From Bacteriovoracaceae bacterium (GTDB lineage: Bacteria > Bdellovibrionota > Bacteriovoracia > Bacteriovoracales > Bacteriovoracaceae), in contig JBLWTJ010000003.1 of assembly GCA_048270185.1 (NCBI GenBank), positions 256,001 through 320,000 of the forward strand: a DNA stretch of 64,000 bases. The letters run 5' to 3'. Under the pieces are notes generated by a model that saw nothing but the letters and a program-made list of their open reading frames with translations, did no database searches and was not told where the DNA came from. Positions 58,016-64,000 of this stretch are shown here, in pieces; position 1 is the first letter of the stretch; every line of letters begins with the position of its first letter. The translations under genes were made by a program, and so were the position numbers.

Positions 58016-58935
58016 TGAGATTATTAGTACCAATTTTATTAATTATTGCAACTTCATGTTCATTATTAAATCCTCCTCAGCGACGTGACTATCGCGGGCG
58101 TAAAGAGAGAACTACTGAAAGAAAGCACTTCACTGGGGTGAAGAAGAAGGTCGCACTCTTAACATTCTTTAATGAATCACCATTTGGTGGTCAGGATTTA
58201 GGTGTTGTTGCCACAGAAGAGCTTCGTCGTGAGCTACAACGTACAGGACACTTTATTGTTGATCCTATGTCAGCGAATCTCTTTGGCTCTTCAAAGCAAG
58301 TGTATTCACAAGGTGGATCAAAACTAGTTCAAATGACGAGAAAGGCAAAAGGCGAGGGTGTTAATTTTGTGATCTTTGGGCGCATTATCGAAGCTCGAAT
58401 TCGCGAGAAGTCTGATGAAGTTGGATTTGTTCGAAGTACAAAAAGCTATAGTGAAGCCAAGGTTGAAGTTCGCATTTTTGATGTGAATTCAAATAAAGAA
58501 ATTTATACAGATACACTTGATGGTTACGCCGATGATAGTAGTTACCGCTTTTTTAAATCTGATCGAGATTCACAAACAAAGTATCGTCAAGATCTTCTTC
58601 GCTATGTAACTAAGGTTTCAGTTAGAAAATCAATCCCTCGTATTATTGATGTTGCCCAAAAGCTTGAGTGGGTAGGGCGTGTTGCAAAGATCATTGGAAG
58701 TAGTATTTATATCAATGCAGGACGCGACTCAGGATTAAATATTGGTGATGTTCTAAAGGTCGTAACTGAAGGTGTTGATATTTACGATCCTGAAACAGGG
58801 GCCTTAATAGGTGTCTCTAAAGGTGAAGTGAAGGGTACAATTGAAGTGATTGATTATGTTGGACCAGATGCTTCAATTGGAATTCTACACTCTGGAGGCT
58901 CTGTTCACGAAGGTGACTTTGTTAAGTTGTATTAA
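58012..58935 (+). CDS. CsgG/FlgT-like lipoprotein
   Basis: Lipobox TSC, VALLTF, VEVRIFDV and a FlgT_C-like C-terminus (IYINAGRDSGLNIGD...DPETGALIG). Confidence 0.65.
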   Translation: MMRLLVPILLIIATSCSLLNPPQRRDYRGRKERTTERKHFTGVKKKVALLTFFNESPFGGQDLGVVATEELRRELQRTGHFIVDPMSANLFGSSKQVYSQGGSKLVQMTRKAKGEGVNFVIFGRIIEARIREKSDEVGFVRSTKSYSEAKVEVRIFDVNSNKEIYTDTLDGYADDSSYRFFKSDRDSQTKYRQDLLRYVTKVSVRKSIPRIIDVAQKLEWVGRVAKIIGSSIYINAGRDSGLNIGDVLKVVTEGVDIYDPETGALIGVSKGEVKGTIEVIDYVGPDASIGILHSGGSVHEGDFVKLY

Positions 58936-59975
58936 TGTTGTATCCATTAGTTAAGAAACTTCTCTTTAAATTAGATGCTGAAAATGCACACGATCTAATC
59001 ATTGATCTCATGGAGAGTTTTCCTCTCTTTGCCAATATTGTCTCAAATGGCCTTGATGAGAAATTAAAAATTAAAGTTGGTGCTAAAACGTGGGGCTCAC
59101 CTATCGGCCTTGCTGCTGGACTTGATAAAAATTGTCGAAGCTATAACTTCTTATCAAATATTGGCTTTGGTGCAATTGAAGTAGGAACGGTCACACCTAG
59201 GCCCCAAGTTGGAAATGATAAACCTCGTCTTTTTCGCTATGTTGAAGAAGAGTCTATTCGCAATTGTATGGGCTTTAATAATGAGGGTAGTGATTACCTC
59301 GATAAGCAAGTAAAGAGAATCACTCATCGTGAAGTTCCCCTAGGTATCAATATTGGTAAGAATAAGACAACACCCGATGAGCTGGCCTTTGAGGACTATG
59401 CTTTTCTCTATCGAAAGTTTAAAGATATTGCAGACTATATTGTCATCAATGTCTCTTCTCCAAATACGCCCGGTCTTAGGGCCCACCAAACGAAAGAGTC
59501 TCTTTCTAAAATTTTTATGGCCCTTGGACGAATCGAAGGTGAAGTTGACCTCTATCTAAAAATTGCCCCAGATATGGAAGTAGAGGAGCTTGATTCAATC
59601 ATTGCGGTGGCAAAGGAATTCAAACTCACTGGCATCATTGCAACGAACACAACGGTCATGCCAGAGCGTGGTGTAGGGGGGATTTCTGGTAAACTACTTT
59701 ATGATAAAGCTCGAAGATTTAGAAAGGCCTGCTTAGATAAGATCAATCGAGATGATAATTTAGAATTTATTGGAGTAGGTGGTTTCTCATCATACGATCA
59801 GATTGTTGATTACTGGCGAGATGGTGGAAAGTGCTTACAAGTCTATACGGCGTTCATTTTTCAAGGTCCAAAATTATTAGATCAGATCAATAAATCTATT
59901 TTACAAGATATCGAAATTAAAGGACTTTCTAGTGTATCAGAACTTATTGAACACTATCATGCACTAAGTGACTAA
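58935..59975 (+). CDS. pyrD: Quinone-dependent dihydroorotate dehydrogenase
   Basis: GLAAGLDKN, GTVTPRPQ.GN, NIGKNK, NVSSPNTPGLR, KIAPD, TNTT and GGISG. Confidence 0.97.
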   Translation: MLYPLVKKLLFKLDAENAHDLIIDLMESFPLFANIVSNGLDEKLKIKVGAKTWGSPIGLAAGLDKNCRSYNFLSNIGFGAIEVGTVTPRPQVGNDKPRLFRYVEEESIRNCMGFNNEGSDYLDKQVKRITHREVPLGINIGKNKTTPDELAFEDYAFLYRKFKDIADYIVINVSSPNTPGLRAHQTKESLSKIFMALGRIEGEVDLYLKIAPDMEVEELDSIIAVAKEFKLTGIIATNTTVMPERGVGGISGKLLYDKARRFRKACLDKINRDDNLEFIGVGGFSSYDQIVDYWRDGGKCLQVYTAFIFQGPKLLDQINKSILQDIEIKGLSSVSELIEHYHALSD

Positions 59976-60002
59976 AATCATTTAATCCTACCAAGTTAGA
60001 CT

Positions 60003-60029
60003 TAATATTTTCCTAGTATTAACCGAGAA
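60003..60029 (+). promoter_or_regulatory. Possible sigma-28 promoter
   Basis: TAAT-N15-ACCGAGAA, 33 nt upstream of the 60063 gene. Confidence 0.4.
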
Positions 60030-60062
60030 GAGTAAAAAGGTTGGTTAAGACTAAGGAAGAAA

Positions 60063-60884
60063 ATGATTAAAGGTATTTTAAACACACTTGTCATTGCATC
60101 TCTAGGTGGATTTGTATATTTCACAAGTAGTGATATCGAAGGGACTATAAAGCAAGAGCTTGGAAGTGGTGCCAATCCTTATAAATTAGTTAATAACTCA
60201 CCTGACTTCGTAAAACGCTCCATTGCTTCTTTGTCTGATGACGTCACTGATCGTGAACTAAAGAAGAGACGAGTGGAAGATATGCATATATACAAGTCTT
60301 ACGAAGAATCTTTATCTAAACTCAAATCATGTTTAAAAACAATTTGTAAGAATTACTTCGAAGATGAGAGTGTTGCTAAGAATTATGATAAGTATGAGAA
60401 TTTGATTATTGATGAAATAAATTTAAAGATTGCTCAACTTTATAATTTTACACTTAAAAGAGGATTTCGCTCTCACTCAATTATTTCAACAGGGCTCGAC
60501 TTTGTTGATATCTCAAATGAAGAATTAACAAAGAATATCGTCCTTCTCTTAAGTACTCAAAAAAGTGATATACGCTCGCTGAATGCACTCGTAAGAATGA
60601 CGAAGAATCAGCACAATAAGGAGCTAAGAGCTTTAATTATTCTCGAACTTGAAAGATATGCAAAATCGAAAGATTTTCAAGATAAAGTTAGTGATCAGAT
60701 TGTCATGGCACTTGCTTCTAATCGCGGATATGATAATTCACTAATTTCAAAAGAGCTTCACCGCTTTATTAATAAAAAGAATTACCAAAAATTTAATTCA
60801 CTTCTCACAAAGATTCCAAATGAGAGTCAGGCATACACTCAGCTTGTAAATCAATTACAAAAATACGAAGAAAAAAGTCTATAG
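60063..60884 (+). CDS. Membrane-anchored or secreted helical hypothetical protein
   Basis: N-terminal hydrophobic segment, KRSIAS motif, AAGGA RBS. Confidence 0.7.
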   Translation: MIKGILNTLVIASLGGFVYFTSSDIEGTIKQELGSGANPYKLVNNSPDFVKRSIASLSDDVTDRELKKRRVEDMHIYKSYEESLSKLKSCLKTICKNYFEDESVAKNYDKYENLIIDEINLKIAQLYNFTLKRGFRSHSIISTGLDFVDISNEELTKNIVLLLSTQKSDIRSLNALVRMTKNQHNKELRALIILELERYAKSKDFQDKVSDQIVMALASNRGYDNSLISKELHRFINKKNYQKFNSLLTKIPNESQAYTQLVNQLQKYEEKSL

Positions 60885-61631
60885 CTTAACTTTTAACTTC
60901 TTTGCAATTTTTATTTCACGCTCATTCATTTCTAATTGATAGGCGAGAATCTTAACACCAGCTTTCTTTGCCTTAATGAGAAGCTCCTTATATTTTTGGT
61001 CAACTTCACTAACATTAAATTCGCTAACATCTTCACGTGAAACAATATAGAGCATCGTTGCTTCATGGCCTTGCTCAACTAATTGAGTTAATTCCACTAA
61101 GTGCTTTTGTCCTCTTTCTGAGACAGCATCAGGAAATTGGGCCTGGCCTTCTTCCTTTAATGTGACATTCTTGACTTCAACAAAATTATAATGAAATGAT
61201 TCATCTTCTAAAGATAGATTCTTCTTATCAATTTCTTTATTACTTAAAATAAAGTCGATTCGACTTTTTCCTATTTTAACTTCGCTCTTAAAGAATTTAT
61301 ACTTTTTAAGCTCTTTGAAAACACCATCTTCTAGTCCTTCCATTACAAGCTTATTTGTAAGTGCAGTATTGACCATGATCCAGCTTTGGCCATTTGAGAT
61401 CATCTGGGCCGAAAATTTAAGCTTTCTTTTAGGATCATCGCTATAGCTAAGAAGTACCTCCCAGCCAGGTGCCCAGCATGTTTTCATACTTCCTGTGTTG
61501 GCAAGGTGGGCCGTTTGAATTTCATCTTTAGGAAAGTCTAAGAATTTCTTCTTGAATTTAAAGTCCAGTAAAAAGCGCTTATATCGCTCAATTATCTCAG
61601 CTTTTATCAATTCATTTTCTTTAAATTGCAT
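60879..61631 (-). CDS. sfsA: SfsA DNA/RNA nuclease family protein
   Basis: RYKRF, AHLANTGSM, SRIDF, VEVKNVTL and FPDAVSERGQKHL. Confidence 0.93.
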   Translation of the reverse strand: MQFKENELIKAEIIERYKRFLLDFKFKKKFLDFPKDEIQTAHLANTGSMKTCWAPGWEVLLSYSDDPKRKLKFSAQMISNGQSWIMVNTALTNKLVMEGLEDGVFKELKKYKFFKSEVKIGKSRIDFILSNKEIDKKNLSLEDESFHYNFVEVKNVTLKEEGQAQFPDAVSERGQKHLVELTQLVEQGHEATMLYIVSREDVSEFNVSEVDQKYKELLIKAKKAGVKILAYQLEMNEREIKIAKKLKVKL

Positions 61632-61679
61632 AATTTTCCTAAGTTATGAGAGGCTAAGCATAAGTAATTATATGCTACA

Positions 61680-63065
61680 ATGGCTTTTAGAGTACCACTC
61701 AATGAGGAAAATGTGAAAACTGCACTTATTATTTGTGACAACGAAGTATTGAATTCTATCTACAGTGTAAATTTAAAAACATACACTGAGTTGAATCTTA
61801 TTTTCGAACCTTCGCTTGATAAGGGACTTCTTCATATTGAGGATACGGATATACCAATCGATCTCTTAGTTACGATGGATCATATTGGAGGTGAAGATAC
61901 CGCGGTTTTGGCCTTTCACCATCTCATTGAAAATGATCGTGATATTCCTTCAATCGTTATTGGAAGCAGTGATATGATTCCTGATGAAAACTATATCGTT
62001 AAGAATCAATTTGATATACCTGGTATCTTAAATAATATTTTCACTTGTCTTAATATGACGCCAAAAGAAGTTTTGGCAGTAGTTACAGAAGATCTCTATG
62101 AGATGCCAATACGTCTCTTCTTTCCCTTTAAGCAATCTTTTTGTGAGACATACTATGCACTAGAAAAAGATGGTAAGAAAACACCGACTAAAATATTTGA
62201 TAAAGATGATAATATTTGGCCTCGTATTCGAGAGTTTCTCGACCAGAATGTTTCGATGCTTTTAATTCCGGCCAGAGAACGTTTTGCTTTTACAAAGAAA
62301 GTAACAGAACTACTTATTGAAAGTATGGAGCAAGTAACTCCTGAAACACCTCAACAAGAACAACTCGACTTTGTTGAGCAAAGTATTGATGCTATTGCCG
62401 AGCAGTTATTTACCGATGAAAAGGTAACGGCCGAAGTTGTCCAACTATCTCAGATGTGTATGGATGCAATGGAAGAAGTCATTGAGAATGTTCCAGATCT
62501 TAAATCAATCCTTAAAGATCTTGCAGCATTAAAATCAGGTTTTCTTTATAGTCACTCTATCATTGCGGGTTATGTTTCAACTCATATTCTTGATAATGTT
62601 GAATGGGGGGGGCAGGCCCATAAAGACAAGCTTAAATTTGTTCTCTACTTCCATGATATGTATCTTGTCCAAGTCTATAAGAAATACCCTGACTTAATGT
62701 ATGAAGATAAAGTAATTTTTGATGCACAGGTTTCAGAAGAAGATAAGGAAATTATCATTAACCATGCAAGTGAAGCGGCCGATGCTATTAGACGTTATCC
62801 TGCTTGTCCTCTTGGGGCCGATGTCATTATTATGCAACACCATGGAACTTCAAATGGGCTAGGATTTGCAACTAGTTATAAAGATGATATTTCACCTCTA
62901 GCGAAAGTTCTTATTATCGCTGAAGCATTTACTGAAGAGATTTATCAAGTTCTTGAGTCAAGAGAGAAGATTGATCTTGAGGCAACAATACAAAAACTCA
63001 AAGAGCGATTCACAAAGCATACTTATAAGAAAATCATTGATACTCTAACGACAATTAAGCTCTAG
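61680..63065 (+). CDS. HD-domain signalling protein with degenerate receiver-like N-terminus (HD-GYP-like)
   Basis: YSHS...FHD...IINH...QHHG...GF...KVLIIAEAF; the GYP motif is degenerate. Confidence 0.6.
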   Translation: MAFRVPLNEENVKTALIICDNEVLNSIYSVNLKTYTELNLIFEPSLDKGLLHIEDTDIPIDLLVTMDHIGGEDTAVLAFHHLIENDRDIPSIVIGSSDMIPDENYIVKNQFDIPGILNNIFTCLNMTPKEVLAVVTEDLYEMPIRLFFPFKQSFCETYYALEKDGKKTPTKIFDKDDNIWPRIREFLDQNVSMLLIPARERFAFTKKVTELLIESMEQVTPETPQQEQLDFVEQSIDAIAEQLFTDEKVTAEVVQLSQMCMDAMEEVIENVPDLKSILKDLAALKSGFLYSHSIIAGYVSTHILDNVEWGGQAHKDKLKFVLYFHDMYLVQVYKKYPDLMYEDKVIFDAQVSEEDKEIIINHASEAADAIRRYPACPLGADVIIMQHHGTSNGLGFATSYKDDISPLAKVLIIAEAFTEEIYQVLESREKIDLEATIQKLKERFTKHTYKKIIDTLTTIKL

Positions 63066-63334
63066 TATTCGTGCTTATTTATTTCTTCAATTTTAATAGA
63101 ATCTTCAATATGAGTATAAAAAGCTCTGTATGAGCTATTTAATCTCACACTTCGAAAATCTCTAAGATTTCCATGAAGAGGCTCATCATGAAGTCCTGAA
63201 ATCTTTCTCGTTTCTTCAATCCCTAAAGACATCACGCAATTAATCCAATAACTCAGCTCATCTTGTATATGATGAGGGATCTTTTGTAATGTCTTCATTG
63301 CATGTTTACTAAATTCAATCGTATGTTTTCGCAT
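63062..63334 (-). CDS. RelE/HigB-family mRNA interferase-like toxin
   Basis: 90 aa; IEFSKHAMKTL...HDEPLHGNLRDFRSVRLNSSYRAFY...IEEINKHEY. Confidence 0.75.
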   Translation of the reverse strand: MRKHTIEFSKHAMKTLQKIPHHIQDELSYWINCVMSLGIEETRKISGLHDEPLHGNLRDFRSVRLNSSYRAFYTHIEDSIKIEEINKHEY

Positions 63335-63390
63335 GAGCGCTATTGTATCGACTAAAATTTATCTTGAAAAGTACCAATAACTACTGCTTG

Positions 63391-63999
63391 TTAATAGTAG
63401 AAGAAGTTTATCCCGGCGTAACCTTTTTTATAGAAACTATCTTGATAATCATATCCTGCAACAAAACTTATGCTTTTATTTAAGTGGTAGCGTGCTTCTG
63501 CACCAAATTCATGTGTCTCACTGACTCGACTTCTAGAGCGAAACATATATTGATAACTTAATGCAGTTGAAAATCTTGATGAAGAAAAGACGATTTTTGC
63601 CTTTGGGCCTATGCCGGCAGTATAATCATAGTCTGATTCAAAAGTATAATTACCTTCCATGGCAGCAAGCATGGCAAATGTAATACTTTCATTTCCAAAA
63701 GTGTAACCTAGATCGAGATGGAAATAAGGATTGAAGGTCTTACTCTCATAGATTTGGTTTTCAGCGGCACCAAAGCTTAATTGCCAACTGATTTTCTTTG
63801 CAAAAATATTAACTGGTCTTAGCGCTTCAATCTTTGCAAAGACAATTTCTTCAAGTCTAAGCTTATCTTCCTGATACTTATTATAAGCAAGCTTAAGAAC
63901 TCCAAGCTCTGTTGTGGACATTGGAAGGAAACCATTTGGTTTATCGAGAAGATCGTGAAGGGCACCACGAATTTCAAAATTAAAATACTCACCAGCTGA
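63391..63999 (-). CDS. C-terminal beta-barrel region of a DUF4105/Lnb-like outer-membrane protein (5' part outside the window)
   Basis: Frame is open to the window edge (...FEIRGALHDLLDKPNG...), with alternating beta strands and an aromatic C-terminus (GINFFYY). Confidence 0.65.
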   Translation of the reverse strand, partial: SAGEYFNFEIRGALHDLLDKPNGFLPMSTTELGVLKLAYNKYQEDKLRLEEIVFAKIEALRPVNIFAKKISWQLSFGAAENQIYESKTFNPYFHLDLGYTFGNESITFAMLAAMEGNYTFESDYDYTAGIGPKAKIVFSSSRFSTALSYQYMFRSRSRVSETHEFGAEARYHLNKSISFVAGYDYQDSFYKKGYAGINFFYY

Positions 64000-64000
64000 A

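Noticed and set aside
99..59559. Numerous 60-130-aa ORFs nested in or antisense to well-supported genes (e.g. 99-311, 1636-1884, 12992-13327, 29242-29559, 53853-54239)
   Set aside because: These are shadow or alternate-frame ORFs with no recognisable motifs, overlapping confident genes or terminators.

Overview
AT-rich, gene-dense bacterial chromosome segment, most consistent with a predatory Bdellovibrionota (Bacteriovorax/Halobacteriovorax-like). This assignment is inferred from a Bd0055-type bacterial histone, several sigma-28-like promoters and secreted proteins carrying R-x-[P/I/T]-A-S motifs. Housekeeping genes include ppa (partial), dtd, nadD-like, rpsD, iscS-like/thiI, prc, pilT-like, mltD-like, exbBD, hpf-like, flagellin, dsbD, guaBA, dnaE, pyrD and sfsA. 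I saw no rRNA, tRNA, CRISPR array, prophage or transposase. Three things stand out. (1) A ~13.4-kb, 10-gene putative lipid or small-molecule biosynthesis locus at 10497-23864: AurF-type diiron oxygenase, ACP, fatty acyl-AMP ligase, class I HMG-CoA reductase fused to an APH/choline-kinase-like domain, GNAT, UbiA-family transferase, BtaA/DUF3419, RPH-like PEP-utilising dikinase, OleC-like ligase and App1 phosphatase. I cannot match this combination to a characterised pathway. (2) Two copies of a ~132-nt structured element with compensatory base changes, sitting right after the stop codons of rpsD and guaA. (3) A bacterial histone with an N-terminal charged extension, coupled to nadD. All calls come from reading motifs by eye; no database searches were run.
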